Positions 19,692-30,516 are shown, counted from the whole stretch's first letter. The stretch is 61,961 nucleotides of DNA, filler included, from Deltaproteobacteria bacterium (GCA_013151235.1; 3 parts of 3 records of this genome joined end to end with filler, not necessarily neighbours in it), one strand, 5' to 3'. Notes: generated by a model not told the origin, from the letters alone. Numbers and translations: made by a program.

Positions 19692-21485
19692 ATGCTCTTC
19701 CCCGAGGAATTCATCACGGAAATCCGGGAAGCGAACGATATCGTCGAGGTCATTTCCAACTACGTCTCCCTAAAAAAGGGGGGCGCCAACTACAAGGGAC
19801 TCTGCCCTTTTCATTCGGAGAAGACCCCCTCCTTCATGGTCAGTCCTGCCAAGCAGATCTTTCACTGCTTCGGGTGCGGCGAGGGAGGCAACGTTATCCA
19901 TTTCATGATGAAACAGGAAAAAATGCACTTTCCCGATGCCGTCACCGCCCTGGCGGAACGATGCGGAAAACCGCTGCCCACCCTGGAACGGGTCCCGGAA
20001 GATCCCGCACGAAAAGAAGCAAAGGCGAGACTGTATGAAATCAACCGGGCCGCATGCGAATTTTTCCGGCAGGCACGGCTCGGCAACCCGGCAGCCCTTC
20101 GTTATCTGAAGGACCGGGGAATCCTGGAAAAATCACTTTCGACCTTTGCCATAGGTTTTGCCCCCGATGCATGGGAGTCTTTGAACCGGCATCTGACCCG
20201 GCAGGGATTCAAGGCCCGGGAGCAGGAGCAGGCCGGACTGGTCCTGCAACGGCAGAAGGGAGACGGGGTCTATGATCGCTTCCGGAACCGGGTGATCTTC
20301 CCCATTGTCGATATCTACGACCGGCCCATCGGTTTCGGCGGGCGGGTCCTGGACGATTCCACACCGAAATATCTCAATTCACCGGAGACCCCGATCTTCG
20401 ACAAGGGGGCAAACCTCTATGGTCTGAATCTGGCCTATGAGGCGATTCGCAAACAGGATTATGTCATCCTGGTGGAGGGGTATATGGACGTCATTACCGC
20501 CCACCAGGAGGGAATCTTAAACATCGTGGCCACCCTCGGGACGGCTCTGACGGAACGGCATCTCAGGAAACTGCGGCGTTATACACGCAACCTTGCCCTC
20601 TTCTTCGATTCCGATGCCGCCGGCCTTAAGGCCGCGGAACGGTCGTTCGACCTCTGCGTCCCGGCGGGGATAAAAGTAAAAGTCGTCACTCTCCCGGACG
20701 GGGAGGACCCAGACAGCTTCATCCGTGCGCGGGGGAAGGCGGGGTTCTCCGAGGCCATGGCCGGCGCACAGCCGATTATGGATTTCATGATGGAGCAGTC
20801 TACGGGCGGGAAAACCCCGGAGACCGTGGAGGAGAAAGTCGCTGTGACGGAAAAACTGGCACCCCTGCTTTCCCGGATTCCGGATGCTGTGGAACAGGAG
20901 CTTTATCTGAAAAAGGCAGCCTCCCTCCTCGGGGTAAAAGACTCGACCCTCTTACAAAAGATGCAAAGCGGCAGGAGGCGTCCTTCCCCAGGGAAACGTG
21001 CCGCGAAAAAACCGGAGGAGAAAAACAAAAAGAGGAGGATTCCCGTCTGGGAAAGGGATTTCGTCGGTTGGATGGTCGAACATCCGGAAGAGATCGGGAA
21101 ACTTCGGGAAAGGATCGTACCGGGCCATTTTCTGGACCCCGGACTCCGAAAGGTTGTGGAGGCCATCCAAAAGCTGCCTGACTCGGCGTTGGACCGGGAA
21201 ACCGTTTCGGCCCGAATCCAGCAGACGGACCCTCAACTGGCCGGTTCCCTGTCTCAATACTCTCTCGAAGAGCGGGACCTCCCCGACATACAGGGTCTGC
21301 TTGGCCGCCTTGAACTGGAACATCTCAGGAACCGCTTGACGCGACTTCAAGAGAAGTTGATCAATACTGAAAAGGGAAGTGAGGAGGAAACTCAATTCTT
21401 GCTGGAGAAAAATCAACTACGACTGCAGGTGGAAAACCTGACGTCCGAACTCGGAAGGGAAAAAAGAGCATGTCCATCAAATTAA
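19692..21485 (+). CDS. dnaG: DNA primase
   Basis: CPFH..CFGC zinc finger, [13 protein letters not shown], Toprim DSDAAG, DPD. Confidence 0.98.
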   Translation: MLFPEEFITEIREANDIVEVISNYVSLKKGGANYKGLCPFHSEKTPSFMVSPAKQIFHCFGCGEGGNVIHFMMKQEKMHFPDAVTALAERCGKPLPTLERVPEDPARKEAKARLYEINRAACEFFRQARLGNPAALRYLKDRGILEKSLSTFAIGFAPDAWESLNRHLTRQGFKAREQEQAGLVLQRQKGDGVYDRFRNRVIFPIVDIYDRPIGFGGRVLDDSTPKYLNSPETPIFDKGANLYGLNLAYEAIRKQDYVILVEGYMDVITAHQEGILNIVATLGTALTERHLRKLRRYTRNLALFFDSDAAGLKAAERSFDLCVPAGIKVKVVTLPDGEDPDSFIRARGKAGFSEAMAGAQPIMDFMMEQSTGGKTPETVEEKVAVTEKLAPLLSRIPDAVEQELYLKKAASLLGVKDSTLLQKMQSGRRRPSPGKRAAKKPEEKNKKRRIPVWERDFVGWMVEHPEEIGKLRERIVPGHFLDPGLRKVVEAIQKLPDSALDRETVSARIQQTDPQLAGSLSQYSLEERDLPDIQGLLGRLELEHLRNRLTRLQEKLINTEKGSEEETQFLLEKNQLRLQVENLTSELGREKRACPSN

Positions 21486-23299
21486 AACGTATCCCGGAGA
21501 TCAAATCGCTCATTGCGCAGGGGAAGGAAAAGGGCTTTATCACCTATGATGAGCTGAACGATTCCCTCCCGGAAGAGATGGTCAATTCGGAAAAGATCGA
21601 TGAGCTGATCATACTGTTGGGCGACATGAACATTGAGGTCACGGACCCGGTACAGGAGGGAGGACAACCGGCCAAGTCGATCATCGATCACGAAGATGAC
21701 GGCGTGAAAGAGGTCGATGTCAACTTTAAAGAAGGCGAGGAGGATCCACTCAAACATGACGATGAAGAACTTGCTCTTGACCTGACGCCCGGTGCGATCG
21801 GCAAGACCGACGACCCGGTCCGTCTCTATCTCAAGGAGATGGGAACCATTGCCCTGCTCGATCGCGAAGGAGAGGTCCGGATCGCCAAGAAGATCGAGGC
21901 CGGGCAGCAGAAGATTACAAATGTTCTTATGACCTCACCGGTCATCGTTCCGATGGTCCTCTCGCTCGGAAAGAGACTTCGCAAAGGCAAGATCTATATC
22001 CGGGATGTCGTTTGCGGAACGGATGAGGATTTCGATGAGTTTTCCTCCGGCACTTCGGACAGCGAGCTGAAGATGCAGACCCTGGCCCGGATCGACGAAA
22101 TCCAGGAACTGATGGAATCTCTCGACTATCTGAGGCTCCGCATGGAGGACCCGAGGATCAAGAAAAAAGAGACCCGTGAGAAATACCGCCGCCGGATTGA
22201 TGAGACGCAGAAAAAGATCTTTTCACTCATCTCCCAGCTCGACTTTCATCCCGACCGGATCGAGGCCTTCACCCTCCGGCTCAAGGCAATCGTCGATCGA
22301 ATCAACTACCTCAACCGGGAAGTGCGGCTCTGTGAAAAAAACGCCCGCCTCTCCTCCGAGGATATACTGGCTTACTCGAATGCCCGGCGGAAAACTCCGC
22401 GCATGAAGAAGATCGAAAAGGCGGCCCGTGTGCAGCCACAGCGGATCAAACAGATCGGGCTTCGGTTGAAAAAAGCACGGAAGCAACTCCGGATGATCGA
22501 ACAGACCTATCGGGTTCCTCCGGAACACTTCAGGAACTCCCAGAAAAAACTTCGAAGCGGTGAGGCCCAGGCTCAGGGGGCCAAGGCGGAGATGGTCGAG
22601 GCAAACCTTCGACTCGTTGTGAGTATCGCCAAGAAATATACGAACCGGGGACTGCAATTCCTCGACCTGATCCAGGAAGGGAACATCGGACTCATGAAGG
22701 CCGTAGACAAGTTCGAATACCGGCGGGGCTATAAATTCAGCACCTACGCCACATGGTGGATCCGGCAGGCGATCACCCGGGCGATTGCAGACCAGGCCCG
22801 CACCATCCGGATCCCCGTACACATGATCGAAACGATCAACAAACTGATCCGGACCTCACGCCTTCTGGTCCAGGAAATGGGGCGGGAACCGACCCCCGAG
22901 GAGATATCGAGAGAGATGGATCTCCCCCTGGAAAAGGTACGCAAGGTCCTGAAGATCGCCAAAGAGCCGATCTCTCTGGAGACTCCTGTGGGCGAGGAGG
23001 AAGACAGCCATTTAGGAGATTTTATCGAGGACAAGAAGATCATGTCTCCCACGGAGGCGGTGGTCAAAATTAATCTCCAGGAGACGGTCGTAAAGGTCCT
23101 CCAGACCCTCACGCCCCGAGAAGAGAAAGTCCTGCGCAAACGTTTCGGCATCGGCGAGGCCACCGACCATACCCTCGAAGAGGTCGGCCAGGAATTCAAC
23201 GTCACCCGGGAGCGAATCCGGCAAATCGAGGCCAAGGCACTACGCAAGCTGCGTCACCCGACCCGCAGCCGGATCCTGAAGGCTTTTATCGAAGGGTAA
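21470..23299 (+). CDS. rpoD: RNA polymerase sigma factor RpoD
   Basis: Region 1.1, [42 protein letters not shown]. Confidence 0.98.
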   Translation: MSIKLKRIPEIKSLIAQGKEKGFITYDELNDSLPEEMVNSEKIDELIILLGDMNIEVTDPVQEGGQPAKSIIDHEDDGVKEVDVNFKEGEEDPLKHDDEELALDLTPGAIGKTDDPVRLYLKEMGTIALLDREGEVRIAKKIEAGQQKITNVLMTSPVIVPMVLSLGKRLRKGKIYIRDVVCGTDEDFDEFSSGTSDSELKMQTLARIDEIQELMESLDYLRLRMEDPRIKKKETREKYRRRIDETQKKIFSLISQLDFHPDRIEAFTLRLKAIVDRINYLNREVRLCEKNARLSSEDILAYSNARRKTPRMKKIEKAARVQPQRIKQIGLRLKKARKQLRMIEQTYRVPPEHFRNSQKKLRSGEAQAQGAKAEMVEANLRLVVSIAKKYTNRGLQFLDLIQEGNIGLMKAVDKFEYRRGYKFSTYATWWIRQAITRAIADQARTIRIPVHMIETINKLIRTSRLLVQEMGREPTPEEISREMDLPLEKVRKVLKIAKEPISLETPVGEEEDSHLGDFIEDKKIMSPTEAVVKINLQETVVKVLQTLTPREEKVLRKRFGIGEATDHTLEEVGQEFNVTRERIRQIEAKALRKLRHPTRSRILKAFIEG

Positions 23300-23318
23300 A
23301 AACGACGGCAAAAAAACC

Positions 23319-23347
23319 TTGACATTTATACCGGCCTTTTCTATAAT
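23319..23347 (+). promoter_or_regulatory. Consensus sigma70 promoter for tRNA-Ile2
   Basis: TTGACA (23319-24), 17 bp spacer, TATAAT (23342-47). Confidence 0.85.
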
Positions 23348-23401
23348 ATATAGTTCTATTATGAACGGCCGGAAAAAGGACGAACGGGAAGAATGAAGAA
23401 T

Positions 23402-23534
23402 GATAAAGTCGTAAAAAGTCCGTTCAACCCTTCGACACGCTCAGGGCGAACGGTGTAAGTCATTGATATTCCGTTCGTGGTGAGCCTGTCGAACCATGAA
23501 CGGAATCCGAAAAACGACTTTTTACGACACCATC
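23402..23534. mobile_element. MITE family A copy, 6-bp TSD AAGAAT
   Basis: gataaagtcgtaaaaagtc...gactttttacgacaccatc flanked by aagaat on both sides. Confidence 0.9.
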
Positions 23535-23558
23535 AAGAATAAAAAAGAGAGATCACCT

Positions 23559-23635
23559 GGGCCCATAGCTCAGTTGGTTAGAGCCACCGGCTCATAACCG
23601 GTTGGTCCCAGGTTCGAGTCCTGGTGGGCCCACCA
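23559..23635 (+). tRNA. tRNA with CAT anticodon, most likely tRNA-Ile2 (lysidine-modified)
   Basis: gggcccatagctcagttggttagagccaccggctCATaaccggttggtcccaggttcgagtcctggtgggcccacca. Fully paired acceptor stem rules out the initiator. Position after rpoD is typical of ileX. Confidence 0.9.
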
Positions 23636-23708
23636 AAGCGTGCAACAAAGGACTATGAAAAACAAATATCTTTTTCCAGGCAGAATCACAAAGATTACGC
23701 GTAAGCTG

Positions 23709-23743
23709 AAATGCACTTTAGAAATCTAAAGTGCATTTTTTTT
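23709..23743 (+). terminator. Rho-independent terminator after the tRNA
   Basis: aaatgcactttag/ctaaagtgcattt stem followed by a T run. Confidence 0.8.
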
Positions 23744-23757
23744 GTCCCTTAAAGAAC

Positions 23758-24555
23758 ATGAAACTACAGCAGATCATCGACATTCTGGAGGAGATCGCCC
23801 CTCCACAGTACGCCGCATCGTGGGACAATTCCGGTCTTCAGGTCGGATCCCCGGAAGCGGAGGTCTCATCCATCCTCGTCGCCCTGGACATCACGGAAGG
23901 AGTCATCCGGGAAGGAGCCCGGAAAAAGACCGATCTCATCGTGACCCATCATCCCCTCTTTTTCCATCCCCTCTCCCGGCTGCAAACCAATACCGGCATC
24001 GGCAAGCTCCTCCCGCCTCTGCTGCAGGCGGGAATCTCCGTCTATGCGGCCCATACGAATCTCGATGTCGCTGCAGGCGGTGTCAACGACCAATTGGGAC
24101 GGGCATTAAAAATTGCCCGCTGGAAGGAACTGCCGGGGGGAAGAACCTCCGAGGTGAAAGGCTTCGGAGGCATTGGGAAGCTGGAGGCCCCGCGGCGGAT
24201 CACGGAAATCATCACCGACCTTAAAAAATCCCTGAAGATCCCCACCGTTCGTCTCGTAGGGTCCAAAGAGAAAACCGTGCAGAAGATCGCCTTCTGTTGC
24301 GGAAGCGGAGCCGATCTCTTCCCCGAGGTCTGCCGTGCGGCACCGGATCTTTTCATCACGGGGGATTTGAAATACCACGATGCCATGAATTTTCTCCTGG
24401 AGGGGATCCCTGCCCTGGACCTGGGTCACTTCGCTTCGGAAGCGGGTATCCGGAAACCTCTGGCGGAAAAGATTCGTCAAGCCATCTACAGGAAAGGGGA
24501 ACACCTTACCGTGCAGGTATCCCGCACCGAACGTGACCCCTTTCAGTTCATCTAA
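23758..24555 (+). CDS. Nif3-like dinuclear metal centre protein (YqfO/YbgI)
   Basis: WDNSGLQVG, THHPLFF, AAHTNLD, TGDLKYH, GHFASE. Confidence 0.93.
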   Translation: MKLQQIIDILEEIAPPQYAASWDNSGLQVGSPEAEVSSILVALDITEGVIREGARKKTDLIVTHHPLFFHPLSRLQTNTGIGKLLPPLLQAGISVYAAHTNLDVAAGGVNDQLGRALKIARWKELPGGRTSEVKGFGGIGKLEAPRRITEIITDLKKSLKIPTVRLVGSKEKTVQKIAFCCGSGADLFPEVCRAAPDLFITGDLKYHDAMNFLLEGIPALDLGHFASEAGIRKPLAEKIRQAIYRKGEHLTVQVSRTERDPFQFI

Positions 24556-24568
24556 AAAGGAGCCGATC

Positions 24569-25300
24569 ATGACCTTACAAGAAGACCTGCAACAACTGAT
24601 CCACCTTCAGGAGGTTGACAACCGCCTCGGTGAAATCAAAGAAAAACGGGCGGAAGTGAAACAGGCCATTTTGCATGTCCGTGAACCCTTAACGCAATTG
24701 GAAACGGAAAGAGACCGACAGATCGAAGAGGTCACAAAACTTCGGGAGGAAGCTCGGGGACTGGAGCTGGCCACGCAGGAATTTACCGAAAAGATCCGAA
24801 AATCGCAAGAAAAGCTTTCCCGGATTAAAACCCAGGAAGAATATTTTGCTCTGCAGAAAGAAATCGAGGGAATGGAACGAAAAAAGAAAGAGGATGAAGA
24901 GAAACTCCTCGCAAACATGGAACTCCTGGAGTCCTCACAGAATCAAAGGGACGAACTGGCCACACAGTGTCAGGAGGAAGAAGCAAATTTCCGGAAGAAA
25001 CAGGAAGAGATGCTGGCCGATTCAACCCTCTTCGACAGCCGGGAGAAGGAACTCAACGCCCGGCGGGATGAGATTCTCCGGACGATTGATCGCCGCCATC
25101 TGGCATATTACAGTAAAATTTTCCAGCACAAAAGCGGCCCGGCCGTCGTACAGATCATCGACGGCAACTGCCAGGGATGTCACATGACCCTGCCCCCCCA
25201 GCTTTTTAACAATGTCCGGAAGGGAACCTCGATTATTACCTGTTCCTTCTGCAACCGTATCCTCTACGTCGAGAATCAGGTATGTCAAAGCGAATCCTGA
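24569..25300 (+). CDS. Coiled-coil protein with C4 zinc ribbon (DUF164/CT398-like)
   Basis: LQEVD start, long coiled coil, CQGCHMTLP...CSFCNRILY. Confidence 0.9.
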   Translation: MTLQEDLQQLIHLQEVDNRLGEIKEKRAEVKQAILHVREPLTQLETERDRQIEEVTKLREEARGLELATQEFTEKIRKSQEKLSRIKTQEEYFALQKEIEGMERKKKEDEEKLLANMELLESSQNQRDELATQCQEEEANFRKKQEEMLADSTLFDSREKELNARRDEILRTIDRRHLAYYSKIFQHKSGPAVVQIIDGNCQGCHMTLPPQLFNNVRKGTSIITCSFCNRILYVENQVCQSES

Positions 25301-25707
25301 TCCATACCGACGGGGCGGCGAAAGGCAACCCCGGTCCGGCAGGCATCGGATGCATCGCCTGTGCAGAGGATGGAACAGTCCTCTTTGAACACTGCCGGTA
25401 TATCGGAGAGACCACCAACAATGTTGCGGAATACAAAGCGCTCATTGACGGACTGACCCGGGCGCTGGAAGAAGGCGCTTCCGAGGTCCGGGTCGCATCC
25501 GACTCCGAGCTCATGGTCCGGCAACTCCACGGGATCTACCGGGTCAAGCAGCCCCATCTCCGGAAACTCTTCGACGAAGTCACCAGGCTCAGCCGTCGCT
25601 TCGACCACTTCGAGATCGCGCACATCCCGAGGGAAGAAAACCGCGAGGCCGACGCCTTGGCAAACCGGGCGATCCGGCAGCATAATCCGGCAAGACAGAA
25701 TTCATAA
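25282..25707 (+). CDS. rnhA: Ribonuclease HI family protein
   Basis: TDGAAKGNPGPAG, TNNVAEY, DSELMVRQ, HIPREENREADALAN. Confidence 0.93.
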   Translation: MSKRILIHTDGAAKGNPGPAGIGCIACAEDGTVLFEHCRYIGETTNNVAEYKALIDGLTRALEEGASEVRVASDSELMVRQLHGIYRVKQPHLRKLFDEVTRLSRRFDHFEIAHIPREENREADALANRAIRQHNPARQNS

Positions 25708-25712
25708 ACCTT

Positions 25713-25835
25713 CAAAAACTTTGGATTTCATGTGGTTCGACCGGTTCACTATGCTCGGAAAGTTTAATGGACCGTTCGTGGTGAGCCTGTCGAACCATGA
25801 ACGGAACCCGAAAAATGACTTTTTACGAGACCATC
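25713..25835. mobile_element. MITE family A copy with a degenerate left end, TSD AACCTT
   Basis: Right end gactttttacgagaccatc followed by aacctt (25836-41). aacctt also occurs at 25707-12. The left terminal repeat is not recognisable. Confidence 0.7.
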
Positions 25836-25929
25836 AACCTTTGTGCTCTGCTTTTCCCCGTGACACCCCGTGTTCCCCGTGGTTAAATGCTTTTCGTTTC
25901 TTGCTTTGATTTTGACCTTGATTTTGCCT

Positions 25930-25958
25930 TTGCCATGAACGCTTTTCTTCGCTACAAT
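25930..25958 (+). promoter_or_regulatory. sigma70 promoter of rnpB
   Basis: TTGCCA-17-TACAAT, 6 nt before the RNA 5' end. Confidence 0.7.
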
Positions 25959-25964
25959 AGGGCC

Positions 25965-26328
25965 GTCCCAAGCAGATCGGGTAATCGCTCCGGTTTTCCG
26001 GAGAGGAAAGTCCGGGCACCACAGGGCAGGATGCTTCCTAACGGGAAGTCCCGGTGACGGGCAGGAAAGTGCCACAGAAAAGACACAGCCCCGGGAATCC
26101 CGGGGTAAAGGTGAAATGGCGGGGTAAGAGCCCACCAGTGTCCGGGTGACCGGGCAGCTCGGCAAACCCCATCCGGTGCAAGGCCAAATAGGGAGGCGTT
26201 TGAGGACGGCCCGTCCGAAGCCTCCGGGTCAGGTCGCTTGACCCCGGCGGTGACGTCGGGGCTAGATGAATGATTACCGTCCCGTCGCAGACGGGATACA
26301 GAACCCGGCTTATAGGTCTGCTTGGGAC
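25965..26328 (+). ncRNA. rnpB: RNase P RNA (type A)
   Basis: GAGGAAAGTCCGGGC, GGAAAGTGCCACAGAAAA, GGTAAGAGCCCACC, GGCAAACCCC, ACAGAACCCGGCTTAT. P1 pairing gtcccaagcaga/tctgcttgggac. Confidence 0.97.
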
Positions 26329-26356
26329 GCTTTTCTTTTCCGAAGGAAAAGAAAAA

Positions 26357-27925
26357 ATGGAGCAATCGTCTGTTCTGCAGGCAATGAGGAACCCCGGCTT
26401 CTACCCGGAAGCAACCCGAAAGGTGGAACTCCGGGAGACCCATATCTCTACCCTCTTTCTCACCGACCGATTCGTCTACAAAGTCAAGAAACCGGTTGAC
26501 TTCGGATTCCTCGACTACACCACACTGAATGCCCGTCGTTTCTTCTGCGAACAGGAATTGCGCCTGAACCGACGCCTCGCAAATGATGTCTATCTACAGA
26601 TCCTTCCGGTCCGCCGGCAGGGTGACCGGATCACCCTTACGGGAGAAGAGGGAGAGGTGATTGAGTACGTCCTCAAAATGCGCCGCCTCCCGGCAGACAG
26701 GATGCTCGACACCCTTCTGATGGAAGGGAGCGTCGATCGTGAAATGATCCGCCGGATCGCCCTTCACCTGATCGGTTTTCACAGCCGGGCCGAGAGCACG
26801 CCGGAGATCTCCATCTATGGATCCCCCAGGCGCATCCGTAAGAATATCGAAGAAAACTTTGAACAGACCCGGTCCTTTATCGGTGAAACCATAGAGAAAA
26901 ACGTCTTCGAACGGATCCGAAACGATAGCCGGGCCTTCCTGGATGGAAACCGTTCTCTCCTTGAAAAACGTGTTACCGAAAAGAAGATCCGCGACTGTCA
27001 CGGCGACCTGCGCCCGGAACATATTTGCGTGCAAGAACCGATCGTTATTTTCGACTGCGTGGAGTTCAACCGCCGTTTCCGCTATTCCGACGTGGCCTGT
27101 GATCTTGCATTCCTCGCCATGGATCTCGATTTCTTCGAACAGCCCGAGCTTTCCCGCCACCTCGTCCACAACTATGCCCGCTACACCCGCGACATCGACC
27201 TGCTGCGGCTGATCCGCTTCTACAAGAGTTACCGGGCCTACGTTCGGGGGAAGGTGGAAAGCATGAAAGCGAAGGATCCCGCATTACCGGCCGGGGAGAA
27301 GGAGCGGACCCGGCGGGCCGCCCGCAGGTACTTCGCTCTCGCCGGAACTTATACCGGCGCCCGCCCGTATCTGATCATCACCTGCGGACTCACAGGGACG
27401 GGCAAGAGTACCCTGGCCTTACGCCTCGCGCAGGACCTCGACCTGCCTTTGTTCCGAAGCGATCTTGTACGCAAGGAGCTTGCCGGGATTCCCGCTTCCG
27501 CTCATCAGGATGTACCCTTTGGAGAAGGGATTTATGGAGAGGCGATGAGCCGCTGGACCTATGACGCGCTTTTAGAAAGAGGAGAAGAGGAACTCCGGAA
27601 AGGAAACCCGGTCCTTCTCGATGCGGCTTTCCTGAAAAAGGAGGAACGGAAAAAAGCGGGAAAACTGGCGCAAAAGATGAATGCGCGATTCTTCGTCATC
27701 GAAACACGCTGTCCCGAAGAGACTGCGATGCAGCGGATTCGGAAGCGGCACCAGGAAAGGGATGATCCCTCGGACGGCAGGGAGGAGATCTACCATGCCC
27801 AAAAAGAACGCTTTGATCCCGTCACAGGCCTTCCCGACGGGCCGCACATTGTCGTCAGCACCGCCGACCGGGGCGATCCCGCCCTCCGTGTGGAAATGGA
27901 AATTCTGCTGGCCGTGGAAACATGA
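26357..27925 (+). CDS. Bifunctional aminoglycoside-phosphotransferase-like / AAA_33 P-loop kinase
   Basis: ETHIS, YKVKKPVDFGFLDY, CHGDL..EHI, FDCVEFN, GLTGTGKST, RSDLVRK. Confidence 0.9.
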   Translation: MEQSSVLQAMRNPGFYPEATRKVELRETHISTLFLTDRFVYKVKKPVDFGFLDYTTLNARRFFCEQELRLNRRLANDVYLQILPVRRQGDRITLTGEEGEVIEYVLKMRRLPADRMLDTLLMEGSVDREMIRRIALHLIGFHSRAESTPEISIYGSPRRIRKNIEENFEQTRSFIGETIEKNVFERIRNDSRAFLDGNRSLLEKRVTEKKIRDCHGDLRPEHICVQEPIVIFDCVEFNRRFRYSDVACDLAFLAMDLDFFEQPELSRHLVHNYARYTRDIDLLRLIRFYKSYRAYVRGKVESMKAKDPALPAGEKERTRRAARRYFALAGTYTGARPYLIITCGLTGTGKSTLALRLAQDLDLPLFRSDLVRKELAGIPASAHQDVPFGEGIYGEAMSRWTYDALLERGEEELRKGNPVLLDAAFLKKEERKKAGKLAQKMNARFFVIETRCPEETAMQRIRKRHQERDDPSDGREEIYHAQKERFDPVTGLPDGPHIVVSTADRGDPALRVEMEILLAVET

Positions 27926-27999
27926 GGCGGCGGGCTGACAGCGGTGATTCCCGCACCATCCTCCTTTGCGGACGACGAAGAACGCCGATGGCCGGAATG

Positions 28000-29082
28000 T
28001 CATCTGAAGATCCCCGAGAGATTCTCAATCCCCGGGGGGGCACTTGCAAAAACCCGTTCCCAGACTTCCCGGCTCTCCATGCAGAGATAGACGGGAACCT
28101 TCGACCCGTAACTCCGGATCCACTCCACCATTTTTCGGTAGGCCGGAACCCGGATGGAGCGCAGATAGCGCATCTTCCCGTCCGGACAGGGAATGAATTC
28201 CCCCGTGACGATCGGACTCTCCGGAAAGCGCTCCCGCATGATCTCCTTCAGCGCCGGCGGAAAACGGAGCCCTCCCAGGCTGATCCATGCAATTCCTTCG
28301 GGATCAACGGATCTCATGATCGCCTCCACGACACCTGAATACGCCCCCTCCCATCCTTCATCGAGGATCATCGGATCAAAATGAAAGGCGATTTTGTACC
28401 CCGCCGCCCGGCACCGTTTTGCCGCGAGGAGACGATCCGTGAGAGACGCCGCTCCCCGTTCTTCCGCGGTAATGATTGCTTCGGGATTAACCGACCAGCC
28501 GATCACCGTCCGGCCGCGGGGATCAAGGTCAAGAAGATTCTCTATGTGATCGGTCTTGGTCTTCAATTCAAGAAGCGCATTTGTCTGCCGGGCGAAAAAG
28601 GGAACAAGTTCCCGGGAGAGACCGGTCAACGGGTCGAGGGCCAGGCTGTCCGTCAGCTCTCCCGTACCGATCCGGAAGATCCGACCGGGACGCGCTGCAA
28701 AAAGGGTCTCCAGCCGGGAGAGGATCTCCCCGGTATTCACAAAAATCCGGAGGATCGGATTATTCCGGAGGTAAAGCTGCAAGATACAGTAGGTGCAGTC
28801 AAGAGGGCAACCGGTGGCGGCATTGAGGACGGTATAGTTGCAGCAGATGAATCCCTGCGTACCGGGACACTTCTTAACGAACGCACCGGGGAAGGAGGAG
28901 AGAAAAAGAACCTGCTTGCCCGCCCCCTGCGGATCCCCCTCCTGCAGAAGGGGTCGAAAGATCGGATCAGGCTCATCCACAATCTCCGCGGGAAGGCCGG
29001 GAAAACGGGCGACAATCTCTTGTGTGACCGGCAAAGTTTCCACCCCGGCCTCAAGAAAGATCCGCTCTATTGGATATTCCAT
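28000..29082 (-). CDS. Spore photoproduct lyase-like radical SAM protein
   Basis: GCPLDCTYC radical SAM motif, RIGTGELTDSL, ELKTK, FHFDP, YLCME. Confidence 0.9.
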   Translation of the reverse strand: MEYPIERIFLEAGVETLPVTQEIVARFPGLPAEIVDEPDPIFRPLLQEGDPQGAGKQVLFLSSFPGAFVKKCPGTQGFICCNYTVLNAATGCPLDCTYCILQLYLRNNPILRIFVNTGEILSRLETLFAARPGRIFRIGTGELTDSLALDPLTGLSRELVPFFARQTNALLELKTKTDHIENLLDLDPRGRTVIGWSVNPEAIITAEERGAASLTDRLLAAKRCRAAGYKIAFHFDPMILDEGWEGAYSGVVEAIMRSVDPEGIAWISLGGLRFPPALKEIMRERFPESPIVTGEFIPCPDGKMRYLRSIRVPAYRKMVEWIRSYGSKVPVYLCMESREVWERVFASAPPGIENLSGIFR

Positions 29083-29110
29083 CCGGTATGGACCTCCCGA
29101 AAAAATCGAT

Positions 29111-30094
29111 CTATGAATTCAACTGTTTCAGAGAGGCCAGGATCTTTCCGGTTTCCTCCCGGTCCGCAATCCCATTCAGCGAGGCGGTCCGCTCCCGGAG
29201 TTCATCGACGGAGCCGAACCGGAAATGCACCTCAACCTTCTCTCCTTCCAGAAAAGAGGGGAGGAACAGTTGAACCTCCCGCGGACACACCTTTTTCAGC
29301 AAAGAATTCAGGGTTGCGCACTGTTCCGTAAGCTCCGGGAATCGAAATTCCCGCAAGACCTCCTCGACTCTTTCCCGAATCTGGGTGGACGTTAAGTCAC
29401 GGTTTTCCCGCAGGAGGGAGATTTCGGGGCGTTCCAGGATTTTTCCGGGTGTGGTTTTCTCCCTCAGGGCGATCTCTTCGAGGAAGTCGACCAGTTTCCG
29501 GAGAGCATTCCCGCCGAACGTGACCCTCTGCAGCATTCCCTCCAGGGAGCGTTGCCCCGTCTCCGGCCAGGCGGCAATACGGGTGCAGACCCGAACCGGG
29601 ATGTTATGCAAAACAACATAATTTTGGAGCTTGCCGGTCAACCGGACAAGACCCGCATACTGTTTGTAAAGACGATCGCACGGGGAGATCCCGAGTTGAT
29701 TCATCACCTCGTTGCGTGTTGCCCTATCGACGCCGAAGTCCGAGACCAGGCGATGGAGGCACCGGCCCCGTTCAATATTGTTGACCGGACGGACCGCCAG
29801 ATTTTCCCGGATGCCCGCCAGGTAAAGATCAAGATCACCAACCTCCACCCCGACAACCCGGGCCGGCACTTGCCGGATACCCACCCTTTTTGCAGCCGCC
29901 ACCCGGCGATGGCCGCAAACAATCCGGAACAACCCCGTACCGAGGTCCTGCAGAAACAGGGGAACCAAAACCCCCGACGCCTTTACCGAGGGAAGGAGTT
30001 CCTCTACATTCTCGGGGAAAGCGAAGGCAAACCGCTTGTCCGATCCATCAATCCGGTCCAGGGGAACCTCTTCAAAACGGTCGTATTTCATCAT
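29111..30094 (-). CDS. ParB/Srx N-terminal-domain protein
   Basis: SVKASGVLVPL...IVCGHRRVAAA ParB arginine patch, followed by ENL. Confidence 0.8.
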   Translation of the reverse strand: MMKYDRFEEVPLDRIDGSDKRFAFAFPENVEELLPSVKASGVLVPLFLQDLGTGLFRIVCGHRRVAAAKRVGIRQVPARVVGVEVGDLDLYLAGIRENLAVRPVNNIERGRCLHRLVSDFGVDRATRNEVMNQLGISPCDRLYKQYAGLVRLTGKLQNYVVLHNIPVRVCTRIAAWPETGQRSLEGMLQRVTFGGNALRKLVDFLEEIALREKTTPGKILERPEISLLRENRDLTSTQIRERVEEVLREFRFPELTEQCATLNSLLKKVCPREVQLFLPSFLEGEKVEVHFRFGSVDELRERTASLNGIADREETGKILASLKQLNS

Positions 30095-30124
30095 TTGCGG
30101 TCCTTTTACCCTCTATAATCAAAA

Positions 30125-30153
30125 TTGACAAGGCCCCCCTTTTCCCCTATGCT
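30125..30153 (+). promoter_or_regulatory. sigma70 promoter driving an unidentified structured RNA
   Basis: TTGACA-17-TATGCT. Confidence 0.7.
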
Positions 30154-30159
30154 TGCCAT

Positions 30160-30257
30160 CTGAGCGGCCGGGTGCTCCCTCTTTCACCGTAGAGGAAGGG
30201 AAGGGGCGCACCGGGTCAACCAAGACGCTGTATGTCGGTGTTCTTGCCGGCATTTTT
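30160..30257 (+). ncRNA. Unidentified structured leader or sRNA ending in an intrinsic terminator
   Basis: Long hairpin ggccgggtgc...gcaccgggtc, then atgtcggt/gccggcat plus TTTT. No ORF. Confidence 0.45.
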
Positions 30258-30415
30258 GATGAAGTCGTAAAAAGTCACGAAGCCCTTCGACCCTTCGGCC
30301 GGCTCAGGACGAACGGTGTAAGTTATTGATATTCCGTTCGTGTGGTTCGGAAAGTTTAATGGACCGTTCGTGGTGAGCCTGTCGAACCATGAACGGAATC
30401 CGGAAAACGACTTTT
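30258..30415. mobile_element. MITE family A copy running into the contig end
   Basis: gatgaagtcgtaaaaagtc...cgactttt followed by Ns. Confidence 0.85.
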
Positions 30416-30515
30416 NNNNNNNNNNNNNNNNNNNNNNNNNNNNNNNNNNNNNNNNNNNNTTAATTAATTAANNNNNNNNNNNNNNNNNNNNNNNNNNNNN
30501 NNNNNNNNNNNNNNN
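30416..30515. other. Assembly spacer
   Basis: N run containing TTAATTAATTAA, which gives stops in all six frames. Confidence 0.97.
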
Positions 30516-30516
30516 G

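Noticed and set aside
23559-23635. Calling the CAT-anticodon tRNA an initiator tRNA-fMet
   Set aside because: It has a paired G1-C72 and lacks the three consecutive G-C pairs in the anticodon stem. Elongator Met is not fully excluded, but Ile2 fits the context better.
25764-26443. ORFs overlapping 25965-26328
   Set aside because: The region is the RNase P RNA gene.
30416-30515. TTAATTAATTAA inside N runs (also at 47781-47880)
   Set aside because: Artificial contig linker. Gene adjacency across it, including selD next to the zinc-ribbon cassette, cannot be trusted.
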